Shown here piece after piece: positions 1 to 12,599 of a stretch of 64,000 bases of DNA. The position numbers and the translations under genes were made by a program. The notes beneath the pieces are model-generated. The model made no database searches. It was not told where the DNA came from and was given only the letters and a program-made list of their open reading frames with translations. Within the stretch, counting starts at the first letter, position 1, and each line of letters starts with the position of its first letter. Origin of the DNA: Callorhinchus milii (taxonomy: Eukaryota); contig NW_024704742.1 of the NCBI RefSeq assembly GCF_018977255.1, positions 36,582,001 through 36,646,000 on the forward strand, written 5' to 3'.

Positions 1-39
1 ACTGCATGCAATATCAAATCACTGTCTTTATACAGTACT

Positions 40-200
40 TCTAAGCTGCAACCGCACCCTCCGCTGCACCATTGGAGGTCGCGCTTTCAACCTATACTCC
101 CCGAAACCTTGGAATACTCTCCCTCAATCCCTCCGTCTTGCCCCCTCTCTCAAGACCCGCCTGAAAACATTCCTTTTCAACTGTGCTTACTGTCACCTCT
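40..200 (+). mobile_element. L2 LINE ORF2 3' fragment
   Basis: Encodes TIGGRAF...PWNTLPQSLR, typical of the L2 C-terminus. Confidence 0.75.
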
Positions 201-480
201 GGCAGGTGGAGCGGCAGAGGAAGGGAGGTACAGAGATTAGGGGGTTAGTTGCTGAAGTTTCAGACACCGATGAGGGTGCACAGAGGACAGGGGACACACA
301 GCAGACCCGGGTTAGCCAAAAACAGGTGGCAAGCAGAGGAGTGGGATAGGAGATGGTTATAGAAATGAGAAGGTGCTAAGCCATCAAGGGATTTATAGGT
401 GATGGGGACCTTAAAGCCGATGCATTGGGAGATGAGAGCCAGAAGAGCCTGCGGTGATGGGTGTGCAGTTTGGTGCTTGT
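200..480 (-). mobile_element. Degenerate L2 fragment
   Basis: Purine-rich antisense L2-like sequence resembling other L2 copies in the window. Confidence 0.5.
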
Positions 481-727
481 GGTGAGTTTAGTCCGAGACT
501 CTACTCCTCGTGAAGGGGGGTATATAAATGCAAGTTGTTTTATCTGCTAAACACCACACACAAAAATCAGATTTTTTTCATATCTCCACATCTGGTCATA
601 ACATTATAAAATTTATATGAAGCTTATCCTTGAACAGATGGAACAGGCCACTGCCAGCATTCAGATACAATAAATACAGAACCACAAACGAGGCTGACAG
701 CAGAATCATAAGCAGGTCATGATTTAC

Positions 728-836
728 CTCATGCGGAGATACCCATTGCTCACTGCTATGATGGCCATGACAACAGACTCTATTTTATCTTTCATTACTT
801 GTTTAGGACCAGCATCATTGCTCTTGGTAAATGGGG
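728..836 (-). CDS. Internal coding exon of an unidentified gene (PFTKSNDAGPKQVMKDKIESVVMAIIAVSNGYLRM)
   Basis: Pyrimidine-rich acceptor (ccttctcctttag), GAG|gtaaat donor, a single open frame (phase 1 to 2). Confidence 0.65.
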
Positions 837-1572
837 CTAAAGGAGAAGGATGACAAATCATTTATTTTGAATTTCCTCATATTGTCTTAGAAAGGGGTTT
901 CCTCCTCATTGTCCATTTTAATTTCTATTTCCTATTCTGTTCACCTTGCATCTCTGAAGATGAACTCTGATTAACCGTGGCTACAGATAAAAACGAGTGC
1001 AGCGTGAGTGAATTAATGTTTCCCAGCTTGATTCTGAATGTTAACTTCCTTTGTTTACTACCTTGCAAATTCTGGTAACACAAGAGGCGTTAAAAACCAG
1101 AGGCAAATCTATTAGAGGCACAAATCTAAGCACAGTCAGACTAGTGCCTTAAAAACACTCGGTCCGTGTGTAAATCAAAATCCATTTGACAGCTTTTGTC
1201 ACTGGTGCTCTGCCTTCAGAATTCTGAGGCGAAATTATCTGTCAGGGTACATCTGGGACTGCCCTTGTTAAAGAAATCTTCACTGATAAATACTTGACTG
1301 CCAGTTTGGACTGTAAATTTCTTGATAGTTCAGCAATTTGAGAACCAGTCAAGCTTTACACACTGGCATCAATAACAGCACAAGACCATCATGGAAATCG
1401 GAATTACCCAAGGGGTCTAAATGAGATTTCATTGTTTACTGCCAGAACAGTGGGTTGTTTAAACAATAATAATCCTTGCATTTGATATAATAATAATAAT
1501 CCTTGCATTTGATATAGCACCTTGTCATGTTTTTCTGCAATCTTTTGATTCTTTTTGCAATTTTCGAAAAGA

Positions 1573-1905
1573 ATAATAATCCTTGCATTTGATATAGCGC
1601 TTTTCATGTCTTTTATAGACATCTCAAAGTGCTTCCCAGAATATATTGTAAAGTGAATTGACTGTATATTTTGTGGGCGAAACGCAGCAGCCAAGTCGTG
1701 GATTGAGTTACACAATTTTTTTAAAATTGGATTATTACCCTCAGAAAAACGATACGCCAGTCGACTGACAATCGGGTTACGACTTACTGTTAGGTAAACA
1801 GAGGCGCGTGGAGTAGGAAACTTGCCTAACGTTTCACCCTGCCCGGGAAATGAATCCGGGTCCTCTTGCTTGCGAAGCAAGTGCTCTAACCACTAAGCCA
1901 CAAGA
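1573..1905 (-). mobile_element. tRNA-Ala-derived SINE, long subfamily
   Basis: A/B boxes, CCTTGGGCAAG-like core, extra central segment, L2-type tail ...ATATCAAATGCAAGGATTATT; extra tail copies at 1465-1530. Confidence 0.8.
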
Positions 1906-2195
1906 CATGATATAGTGCCTTATCATGTCATCGAGGCATCTTCATGGGTAAAGTGGATTGACTGTATTTTGCAAGAGCGAGTTTGCAAACAACCATGGAG
2001 TGAGTGACTAATATTTATTGGGATTTGTTGACCAGAAAACCGGGAGAAACTGCCTTCTCTTTTCGAATAGTGCCATAGAATCTTTAAAGTCCACCTGAAC
2101 AGGCAGATAAGACCTTGGTTTATTATCTCAACTGAAGTACAGCACCTCCGACGATGCAATCCCTCCAGCACTGCATTGCAGTGTCAGTTTAGACT
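1905..2195 (-). mobile_element. Deu-domain-like SINE fragment
   Basis: Antisense of ...AACCAAGGTC...CAGGTGGAC..TAAAGAT...ATGGCACTATTCGAA..., with the shared tail. Confidence 0.65.
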
Positions 2196-2871
2196 ACCGT
2201 ACTTTTTAAACATTAAAGCAGTTTTCATGAAGTAGATATCCACTGGTCCAACAGCCTCTTCTTCATCTGATCCAGACTCCTAACTACTCGAAATATTTAA
2301 ATTCTTGCATTAAAAATAACATCTAGCCCTAGAACATTTCATTTTATGGAATACATATGTGAACAGGGGATCTGCAATTATTACCCAACTTTTAAAAATG
2401 AGCATGGTCATTAACTAAATAATATGTTATGTACACTTAACTAGTCCTTTCATATTTATTGTGTTTGGGGGGATTACAGTCATTGCTATAAACGTTCATC
2501 TTGGTTCTTATTCATGCACAAAACAGGGATACACATCAAAAGACAAATTAAATCTCTACTTTAAGGCAGTAATCACACAACAGAGTTAAATGGCGACAAA
2601 CTATGTTTGTCTACCAATCGTGAACAGTAAACACCAGAGCAGATCTGAATGATCTGAATTTTTTGGGATGTTTTGTTCCAAAATCAATTAAAAACACACA
2701 CATCACTGTGCGTTAAATCACATTTTGTCCACAGATAGTTTTTAATAATCTACCCATGATGAATGGTTTTATTGGAGTATTAGAACTTTGGTCCTAAAAA
2801 TACAACCTTTTCACAAAGTCCTCGGTAAATTCATTTTTCCTTAAAGTTTTTATTTTGTACATTTATTCAAA

Positions 2872-3423
2872 TGTGGTGGACTTGGTGTTCATGAAAATCA
2901 AGGTGGCTGTCACACAAAGAGCTGTCGTTATAAATCCTTCCACCACTCTGAAGGCAGATGTCCATCAAATAGCTGATGGCAAAACTCTTGAGGCATAGAC
3001 GACAACTGAAAGGTGTTACCCTGGAGTCCTGGTTCAGTAGCACTCGGTCATATAAACAAGGCTTGGTATCTACCTCGATAAGAGGTAAGCAATGTCTGCT
3101 GAAGCTCCAGACTTGCAGAACCATCACTCAATTGGTAAGGATGTGTGTCTGGGCAGTAGGCAATAGTATGGCATTGCTTCACCAAAATTGCTCGCAAAGT
3201 GTTGCTGCTACCTGCTATCCATCACCCAAGCTATGACTCAAACCTGCACATGTCAAATATCTAATGACCCACTGGTGGGGATTAGAGGTAAGCGAGGTCT
3301 CCTTGGGGCTGAGCTGGCTGTTTAAGGTGACATTCTTGGCAATGGAATATCGGAATCGAATAAAACACCTGGAATAACTGACTACTACCCAGTTACCTTT
3401 GAGATGAATGGTCAACCATCACA
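2872..3423 (+). mobile_element. Candidate solo LTR
   Basis: TG...CA ends with a 7/8 inverted repeat (TGTGGTGG / CCATCACA), TATAAA near 3051, AATAAA at 3359; no TSD visible. Confidence 0.45.
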
Positions 3424-3773
3424 ATTGTGGCCCTTTATGATCGATGATTGGAAGGTTATATTGCTACTGCAATTTAGTCAGAACTACAGTAATACCAAAA
3501 CTACTAATTCACTTCATTTCCTCTTACCTTGTTAATTTATCCTTGAATTCACAACTTCCTCCTCAATCTCAAGAGTTTTCAGTTCTTTCAAAATTCTCAT
3601 GAGACCTTGTTATACCTCGAGTTTCAGAAAGCATTTCAGAATATTCACATCACCTAATCTAATATTACCCTCTAAATAAATGGATGAGGCACCCACATTT
3701 CAGGATGCCATATTTATGAGGATTAGTTGCTACTAATTTCAGTAGATGTTCCTGAATAACTTGGTTTTAAATA

Positions 3774-3875
3774 CACTGGGAGCCGCTTAACCCAGATATA
3801 TTGGGGCCAGGCGTTTTTGTCCAATTTAACCGACATCCAGATTTAACCGGCGTCCGTTTTACGCGGCTTCCACTA
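3774..3875. mobile_element. Tc1/mariner-pogo type MITE (~100 bp)
   Basis: Imperfect TIRs CACTGGGAGCCGCTTAA / TTACGCGGCTTCCACTA flanked by TA on both sides. Confidence 0.7.
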
Positions 3876-5671
3876 TACTTTCAATGCCGATCCCATTGTT
3901 GATATTAACTTAACTAACTTTGTCCCTTGCTAACAATGGAATCAAAGAAGTTATTTTCCAAAATTTCTGCATCCAGTAAAATCCACAAAAATTCAAAGAG
4001 CAACTCTCACTTATGCCCCTCACGTCATCCAGTGTTTTGTATTGCTTTCCAAGTGGACTATGGGGTTCATGAATCTTAAAATATTCCATCTTCTTGTTGA
4101 TCATCATGCTCCTTGTGGCCTTAGTTGCTCTCAGCTCCCTATGATTTCAACTGGACTGCATCCAATCGCTAACACAAGTCAACAGACTGAGAATAATATG
4201 GATACATAACAAGTTCTGCAACAAGTTCTATAGAGGTAGAAGAAAAGCGAATGAGATAATTTCGCCCCCTCAATTTTTGAAAGAGTTGTATGTATATCTA
4301 ATGGAAAAGAAACATTCACAATTTAGTAGATACTTATTCCACAATGAAAACTTACGTTAAAAAATACCATACTCTGAATGACAGTATTCTGTCAATAACT
4401 AAAACATATTTATCTCCAAAGATCCAGGCACATTTCCCAGCAGCACATTTTTAATTATGCTGCTCATTGGAGGGCATCGGGCTTGCCGAGGTCATCTCTC
4501 TTAGTGAAACAGCTCAAGCAACTTATTTTTTAAGGTTCTTAATAAATATGACAAGACTGTGTGGCTATATTTTATCTGCTGGAAAGTCAATACAATACCT
4601 TTATGTAAAGAACACTTAAATCGAGCTCCCTGATTGCCAAGTAGCCGAAATTATTGGCCAGTGAGAAGTGAGGCACACAGAACTAAAAGTCCCTCCCAGA
4701 TTCAATCCCTGGGTTGTGTAGAGACAGACAACTGACCTCAGTTAAATCAGTAGCAGGAAGTCTTTGTGCAACTGTTCTTTGTGCACCTGAGCTTCGGAAG
4801 AAAAACTTAACAAGTCCAACTCGTGATAACAACCCAGTGACCCTTGCTGGAAAATACAGCTGCACTTGGCCATCAGATGAGGGAGGATCGGATCGGACTT
4901 GACCACGAACATGAAACGTGGCAATTTGTTGCAGTACCAAAGTAACCAGGGCCCACTGAAAAGTGCCCTAGCCCAGGTCAGAGCCTTCGGGAGTGGAGGA
5001 GTGAAATTTGAGAGAGAGAAATTGAACAATCACAAGAATATACATAATACAATTTATATTTATAGTGCCTTAACCACATTGAAACATCTTAAATCGCTTC
5101 AGTCTCGGGCGACTAGCAAAGTCCCACAAAAAACACATGAGGTGAATGGACAGAAGGGGCCTCGGTTTAATGTTTCATCTAAAAGACTGAGGTGTTGGAA
5201 ACGCATTGATTTGTTACACAATCTGTTACATCTGTTACAATTAATCGGTTACATTGGCAGCATTTCAGCTCAATAAGAAGTCTAGAAATGTCTCTTGCAA
5301 TTATTCTTTTCGAAAATCGCAAAAGAATCAAAAGGTGGCAGAAAAACAATAATTAAAATTCAGTCCTTTCTGGCTCCATAAATTTTTGTCTGGCCTGTTC
5401 AAAGAGAATAAAAAGAATACAATGACTTGACTGCAAATCAGAATCCCATTGATCATTCCTGGAAACCTGCGATTTCCTGCTACTGCTGTAAATTTTACAA
5501 TCCCTCTGCAACTCAAGATGATTTAATGAGAAGGATTCTGCTCTTTGAATTATATTGTTACAACCCATGTAGATGGATTCCAGCAGCATTTCAGTTTATG
5601 TCATGGACGGCAACGTTCCCCTTACATTTTAGCTGGGGAGAGAACTATTGCATCATATTTTCTAGTTCAAG

Positions 5672-6075
5672 CAACAACAACAACAAGATTCCATTTATAA
5701 AGCGCCTTTCACGTCAGGAGGACGTCCCAAGGCGCTGCACAGTTGGGTCATGACCCGAGCAGGGGGGAAATGGTCAGGGTGAGGGGAGGGAAGGGAGGGA
5801 GCGAGGAGGGGGGAAATGGTCAGGGTGAGGGGAGGGAAGGGAGGGAGCGAGGAGGGGGGAAATGGTCAGGGTGAGGGGAGGGAAGGGAGGGAGCGAGGAG
5901 GGGGAAATGGTCAGGGTGAGGGAAGGGAAGGGAGGGAGCGAGGAGGGGGGAAATGGTCAGGGTAAGGGGAGGGAAGGGAGGGAGCGAGGAGGGGAAGAGA
6001 GTCGAGAGGGGAGCTGAAGGCACGGTCAAAGAGAAAGGTTTTGAGACCGGCCTTGAAGGAGGAAAGGGAGGAAGC
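5672..6075 (-). mobile_element. L2 LINE 3' end with an internal minisatellite
   Basis: (CAA)n tail, AGCGCCTTTCACGTCAGGAGGACGTCCCAAGGCGCT stem-loop, end of ORF2. Confidence 0.8.
5762..5990. repeat. 46-bp G-rich minisatellite, ~5 copies
   Basis: Unit GGGGGGAAATGGTCAGGGTGAGGGGAGGGAAGGGAGGGAGCGAGGA. Confidence 0.95.
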
Positions 6076-6724
6076 AACCAAATCTTTTGGTCCACAAAAT
6101 ATCCAGCCTACAGTATTACGATTAAACTAAAATGGTGGGGGGGTTACCATTTCATACCAATTAACATTCATCATAACGAAACATAGCAGCATGGAACAAC
6201 AAGCCCAGTTAGTTGTACAGTTTTTCGGGTAAAGCTTCCCAAACAGGCAACCAATGTTCATCTACACTTTTTTATGTCCTCATGTTCTTACACACAAAAA
6301 TTTTGAAACTGATAAACAGAAATAGTATTTGACTTTGATCGGCTCATTAGAACTTCTTTAGCCACAAATATCATACAACATTTTAAAGCAGGCAAAACAG
6401 TGCAAGGAATTTTACAAAGTGAATGTGTAACAGCAAATCCCAAGCAACAATGGTAGGTAGATAAAGCGGTCCAGGATGCTACCCTGCGTGAAGGGCGCTG
6501 TATAAATATGCAAGTTGTCGTCGTAGATAAGTTCATCACACCCAACAATACACTGCATTTGCAAAAACAACAACAAAATTACAATTATAGAGCGCCTTTC
6601 ACGTCCCAAAGCGATGAACAGTTATGTAATTAACGGAATAATGTCAGCAGACTAAATCTTAATGTTGCTGAAATATTCTCACTTCCGCTTTTTAAAAGTC
6701 ATTTTCAACATTTATATTTAGAAT

Positions 6725-7966
6725 AGGAGGTTCAAGTCCACGGTTTCTTCCAAGCCACACTGCCATGGATAGCACGAGAGGTCATCTCCAGAATCCAATA
6801 AATATCTCTCAAACCCAGACATTGGGAAGGGGATGGTGTTGGCAATGGAAAGCCAGCCCTCTATAGTGGTCTCAGTAGTCTGGTTCCTGAGCCAGGCATG
6901 TCCACAGTATTCCAAGGCACTGCTGATGACAACAACAAATTTCATTTGTATACAAAGCGCCTTTCACGTAGGGAGGACGCCCCAAGGCGCTGAACAGTCA
7001 GGGATTTGGACCCGAGCTGGGGGTTGGGATCAGCCGGTTAGAGAGCAGGGAGGGTAGGGGTAGGAGGGTGGCCGAAGGTGCTGTCAAAGAAGAGGGTCTT
7101 GAGACGGGTCTTGATGGAGGCAAGGGAGGGGGCGAGGCAGATGGACTGTGGGATGGAGTTCCAAAGGGTGGGGGCAGAGTGACTGAAGACCCGACCTCCG
7201 ATGGTGGGACAGACGAGGCGGGGGACGTGGAGCAGGCCAGAGCCTGCTGAGCGGAGGGTGCAGGCAGGTTGATATGGTGTTAGCACGTCACAGAAGTAGG
7301 AAGGGGAGCTAGTGGAGCTGGGCGAGGATGGGGGTGATAGGTGCGGGAGAGGACACGAGCTGCAGAATTCTCGATGATCGGCAGCTTGTGGAGGGAAGAG
7401 TTGGGGAGACCGACAAGCAGGGAGTTGCCATAGTCAAGCCTAGATGTAATAAATGCGTCGATGAGGGTTTCGGCGGCCTGAGGAAAGAGGCAGTGGCGGA
7501 ACTGGGCAATGTTGCGGAGGTGGAGGATGACAGCACAGACAGGCTGGACTTGGAAGGGCAAACCAGTCACTCGGGGCAGGGAATCCTTCCACTCAGCTCC
7601 TGTTAACCCTGCAAGCCAAAGCCCTAAAGGATAGGGTGGTCTTAGCTGGACAAGCAGTGGGAAAGCTTGCCAAGCAGTGCTCTCAATGGCAAACTGTACG
7701 GTTTTGGCTGGTTAGCCTCCAGCAGTATCCCAACACACACTCTGGGGTCCCCAAGCCTTGGCTCTTGCCAACCTGCGCCTAATACTTTACGGAATTCGGT
7801 AACCAGGATGCATTCCTCCAGGGAGAGAGTGCACATTCCATTCCACCAATCTATCTTGGGATTTCCATGTGTAGGTGGGATGCATGGATCGCTCAGTTCG
7901 GTTGGATACTCTTAAGCCTGGTGATGGGTTTCCGCATCTGTCAAGACACCCGGTTGACCCCCAAAA
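6725..7966 (+). mobile_element. Interspersed repeat (LF-SINE-like), split by an L2 insertion
   Basis: 6860-6931 and 7526-7960 are colinear with the uninterrupted copy at 27590-28010. Confidence 0.7.
6932..7525 (-). mobile_element. 5'-truncated L2 LINE (ORF2 C-terminus + 3' UTR)
   Basis: HLRNIA...AETLIDAFITSRLDYGNSLLVGLP and TIGGRVFSHSAPTLWNSIP; GATGACA at both junctions (6925-6931, 7526-7532). Confidence 0.9.
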
Positions 7967-8880
7967 AATGACACAGCCTAATAAACTGTTGTGCATTGAA
8001 ACATTACTGAACAATTTTTGGATAATTTAGCAGTAACTGCAGTTTAAAGGTTTGTCTGTGATTACAACCTCCTGCTGTTTGGTAAAGAAAGCATGCTATG
8101 TGACAGCTTGTTCAAAACTTAAAAAAAACTTTCATACACCAGTTCCTATTCAAAGTAGCCAAGTCAGATCTTTTCCCCTGCTTTCATTCATCATTCTCCC
8201 AAACTTATAAAACTAACAGAAACTATGTAGAATACTTAAAAGATAATGTTCCCAGTCTCAACGTCTGGCTGCAATTCCCATCAGTATAGAGCCTCATTTT
8301 GGGTTATTTTGGCAGCTTCAGCTGGAAAGCATTTCAATAACTCCCACACAAGTGTGTCCAGGGATCGCCTGGCTTAGAGTGCAAATAATTAGCATTTTAG
8401 TGAAGACCAATGTGTTACATTTGTTGACATGGGTTTAACGGTGAATTCCATATGGTAAGATCAGCGAAGTTGTCTCTTTACACTTAAAAGAATCCTTATG
8501 GAGAAGGGAGTTTCTCCCATGTTGTGGCCAACAATCCTCCAAATAAAATTGGTCATTTGTTTTATGGCTGTTTGTGGGACATTGCTATGTACAACTGGTT
8601 GCCGGGTTTGCTTACAAAGCGGAGGCACTCCACTTCACAGTAAATCCTGTGAAGTGCTTTGGGACATCATGCCGATGTGAAAGACGCCATACCAAATGCA
8701 AGGATTATTATTGTTGATTATACAATGTAGTACGTAATCACATCACTGAAATTTCTACAAATGCTTCACAGGATTTTACTGTGAACAGCAATGACTCACA
8801 GTTAGAATTGAAATGAATGACTAATTTTAACTAAAGTTGGCTTGAGCAGTGGAAGAAATGACATTTATTTTACAAAATAT

Positions 8881-9498
8881 AATAATAATAATCCTTGCAT
8901 TTGATATAGCGCTTTTCACATCTGCTCGATGTCTCAAAGTGCTTCACAGAATGGACTGTAAAGTGAATTGACCGTAAATTTGTGGGCGAAACACGGCAGC
9001 CAATTGCGCACAGCAGTGTCCAAATCAGTCGTGGATTGGAATAACCAGTTCATTATTGTTTTTGGAGGGATTATTATTAGGCGTGTGGAGTCCTGTAGCT
9101 CAGTGGTTAGAGCACTCGCTTTGCAAGCGAGAGACCTGAGTTCAATCCCAGGCAGAGGGCGAAACCTTGGGCAAGTTTCCTTACTCCACACAGAGCCTCA
9201 TAATAATCCCTCCAAAACAAAAAACAATAATAAATTGGTCATTTTCAATCTACGACTGTTTGTGGGACATTGCTGTGCGCAATTGGCTGCCGCGTTCGCC
9301 CACAAATATACAGTCAATTCACTTTACAGTATATTCTGTGAAGCGCTTTGGGACGTCCTCCCGACGTGAAAAGCGCTATATCAAATGCAAGGATTATGTA
9401 AGGAAACTTGCCCAAGGTTTCGCCCTCTGCCTGGAATTGAACCCAGGTGTCTTGCTTACAAGGCGAGTGCTCTAACCACTGAGCTACAGGACTCCACA
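8881..9498 (-). mobile_element. tRNA-Ala SINE (short subfamily) split by a second copy
   Basis: Antisense tail 8881-~9090 and antisense head 9398-9498. Confidence 0.85.
9084..9397 (+). mobile_element. Full-length young tRNA-Ala SINE (short subfamily)
   Basis: A box TAGCTCAGTGG, anticodon arm CTCGC-TTTGCAA-GCGAG (TGC), B box GAGTTCAATCC, L2-type tail. Confidence 0.9.
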
Positions 9499-9519
9499 AC
9501 CTAAAAGGTTAGAAGGTTA

Positions 9520-9630
9520 TGATTGAAGGCTTAGTTGGGAAGGGCAGGAAGAGGCTTATGTGGAGTATAAACACCGGCATAATGGCCCGTTTCTGTGCTG
9601 TATATTCTAATGTATTCTATTGTATTCTAA
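9520..9630 (+). mobile_element. CR1-type 3' tail
   Basis: ...AATGGCCCGTTTCTGTGCTGTATATTCTA followed by ATTCTA repeats. Confidence 0.6.
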
Positions 9631-12332
9631 ATGTGATTTCAAATTATCATACAACTCAATGTAAAATATAATATTCTTAAATTGTATTTATAAATGCATA
9701 GGGACAAATTCATTAAAGTGATTAAATGGGGAAAATAGCAATTAGTCACCTATAATATACTCGCTGCTAGGAATCCCTGGACCAGAATAATCCCTGAGAA
9801 TCGTTGCAAAGAAACTGATAACATCTGCAGAGATTTGCAAGAATAACGGTGATAAACTAGCCTTTGTGCAGATGTGCTGCAACTGTGTAAGCCCTGAATA
9901 TAGCTACAATTCTATAATTGGAACAGAATAGAGGAAGGTTTGAGGAAAGATACCTTCTTCATCTTTTCTCCCTCCCTCCAGAAAGATTCTTTGACAGCTG
10001 GAGCTAAACAACACGTTTTTCAATTTTGGTAACATTGCAATGTACTAAGAACATTGCAATGTACTGAGAAAAATATACAACAACAAACTACATTTGTATA
10101 GCGCCTTTCACATCAGGAGGATTTCCCAAGGCGCTAGACAGTCAGGGATCCGCACCCGAGCTGGTGGTTCGAATCAGGTGCAGTGGAGGGTGGGGAGGGT
10201 AGGGGTAGGATAGGAGGGTGCCCAAAGGCACCTACTTTCACCTCTGTTTATTTATGGGTCAATTCATGGCCATGGGTTGTTTCCAGCGCTTGGACTGACC
10301 CCTTTTCTATCTGCTCTGCTGTCTCATGAAAGTAAAAACACTTTAAAAATTTTGTCTTGGCCCACTATACGTAGAAAGTGAAAGTGCTTTATTTGACATT
10401 TAAGATCACGGGTTCCTTTCACGCTCAATTGGTGAAGATGCAGTCTGAAGGGAAACTGTCAAACCAGAATATGTCTGGACTAGAGAAGGGCAGACTCAGC
10501 TCGGGTAGAATGACTAAATCAGAAGTTCACTAAGAGAAGAATCATAGGCATAGACTAACAGTCTCAGCGCTCTCAGGTCAATGTGTCAAACATTCCTAAA
10601 AATAGCCCTCGTGGAAGAGATTGCTTAGGATCAGCAACTTCCCACAAAATACAGTAAGACTTGTGTAGATTCCAGTAACGTTATTATTACACTCCATAAA
10701 AGTATAGCTGGGATCCCAAACTGGGATCTGCGACATGGCTTAAGGAAGGGTATGTGCCGCTGTTGTTCGTAGGTGTTTGGGGATATTTTGAACATAACAT
10801 CAGATCCCATCCGCATTTAAAATTTTATATACGTATATTTGCATTTACTCCCACTAAACCAGGTTAAGTGTTGGAATTAACATGACTATTATAACATATA
10901 TGTTAGTAATAGGAATTGCCAGCCTTGCTATGTACAAAGGGGTTTGGTTTGAATATCAGCAGTTTTTTTTAACAATAAGGATTGAATTAGTTTGCAATTA
11001 AAGTAAGGTATTCAGTTTGTATGGATGGATTGTGAGGGACAACTCAGTCAGGATGCCTAATGTTATGGGGGGACTTGAGCCCAGAAAGTGTGGGAGCCCT
11101 CGTACTGTAGTACAAGATAATAAAACCAATATAGGGCATTGTATAAATAAATACTCAATTGTTGTGCCAAGCTAAAGATCATTGAAAGATAAACAGTAAC
11201 TACAGAATCTATCACATATACACAACCTGAAATAATCCCACAGTATATTCTGGGGCTTCTTATTTTAGCAATTCAGGATAAAGTTGAAAGATCAACATAG
11301 AAAGCCAGAGCAGGGTCTTGTGACTCATACTATACATTATACTTCCAGGAAATATTGGATCAATAATGCTTCATAACACAGATCACTGATGCATACTGTT
11401 AAATCCACACAAAGAAAACTCAAATGTATTTTTATTGTAATTATCGTCTTCATTTCTTCCCCCACTATTTCCTTCAATGACATCAGATCTATGTTAGAAC
11501 ACTGCTCTATGAATGGTCCAGACATATGAAAGGAAAAGTTATGTGATCATTGCTGTGACAAATTAAAAACAACCAGCATTTATACAGCTCCTTCACTCAG
11601 GATAACGTCTCCGGGGTGCTTCACATCGACAGGCGGGGTAGGACGTTGAGCAATGGAGAAGGGCGAGGGGAAACGGATGAAGAGGTAGATTTTTATGTGT
11701 GATTTAAACACAAATAAGAGGGTATGAAACAAATTACACTATCTGCTATTTTCTTTAAAAAATGAAATAAAGACTAGCAAAATTTTAAAACCACCATAGC
11801 TTTGAATGCTCAAGTCAGTTCAAATTACTGTACATTTTTCCTTATTAACAATTCATTTTACCACAAAAAGCAAATTCGTAGGGCAAACCTGCTCCGCCTC
11901 CTAAAATTTCAGGAACATATTTACCTTTAATCAGATTGTACTAATGCAGCAGCAAAGTGCTGCCAGCAGCTTTCTCTTCTAATTAACAACACATTTATAC
12001 CCCAACCTGCAATTGATTTGATGGAGACATGGATGGGGTTTTCACAAGAATTTTTTTTCTTAAAATGACTTTGCTTATAACTGAGTCAGGTATTCTTAAA
12101 AATCTTACACTGTTTCTGAGGCAAATGTGGTTTAGCCTTTGTTCTGTGCCTATGCCCCCTCCCTCCCTCCCTCCCTCCCTCCCTCTCCCCAGACTCTATG
12201 GAACAGTGAAACAAATGAGATTTATGTGGCACCGCAGATCGCTATGAATAAATGAGCACAATGTGCCTGGAGGCACAATACGAAGCTTCAGGGCTTGTTG
12301 ACTGATGCAATACACAATTCAGCCTAGAGTTT

Positions 12333-12500
12333 CAACAACAACAACTTGCACTTCTAGAGAGCCCTCTACGCAGGGTAGCGTCTCAGAGCGCTTAACAGTG
12401 GCGGAGCCTGACTTCAAGCCGGGGGTGGGGTGGGGAGGTGGTCGTCAGCACGGTCAGAGAGGAAGGTCTTCAGGTGAGACTTAAAAGAAGGGAGAGCGAC
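12333..12500 (-). mobile_element. L2 3' end
   Basis: (CAA)n tail plus L2 terminal stem-loop. Confidence 0.75.
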
Positions 12501-12599
12501 ATGGTCTTCCTCCATATAAACCTGAATACAGTCAAGGCTGCTTTACTCTGCCAGACTGGACAAAATTATAACATTATTTGCACTACAACAACAGGGGAA

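Noticed and set aside
6915..6935. Hammerhead-like CTGATGA in the LF-SINE-like repeat
   Set aside because: No GAAA core after removing the L2 insert, and the other copy has CTGATGG.
9086..9160. tRNA-Ala(TGC) gene
   Set aside because: No proper acceptor stem or terminator; it continues into a SINE body and tail and is multicopy in the window.
9167..9475. Recurrent peptides such as MGKFPYST...[15 protein letters not shown] in many ORFs
   Set aside because: Translations of the same SINE family, not a protein family.
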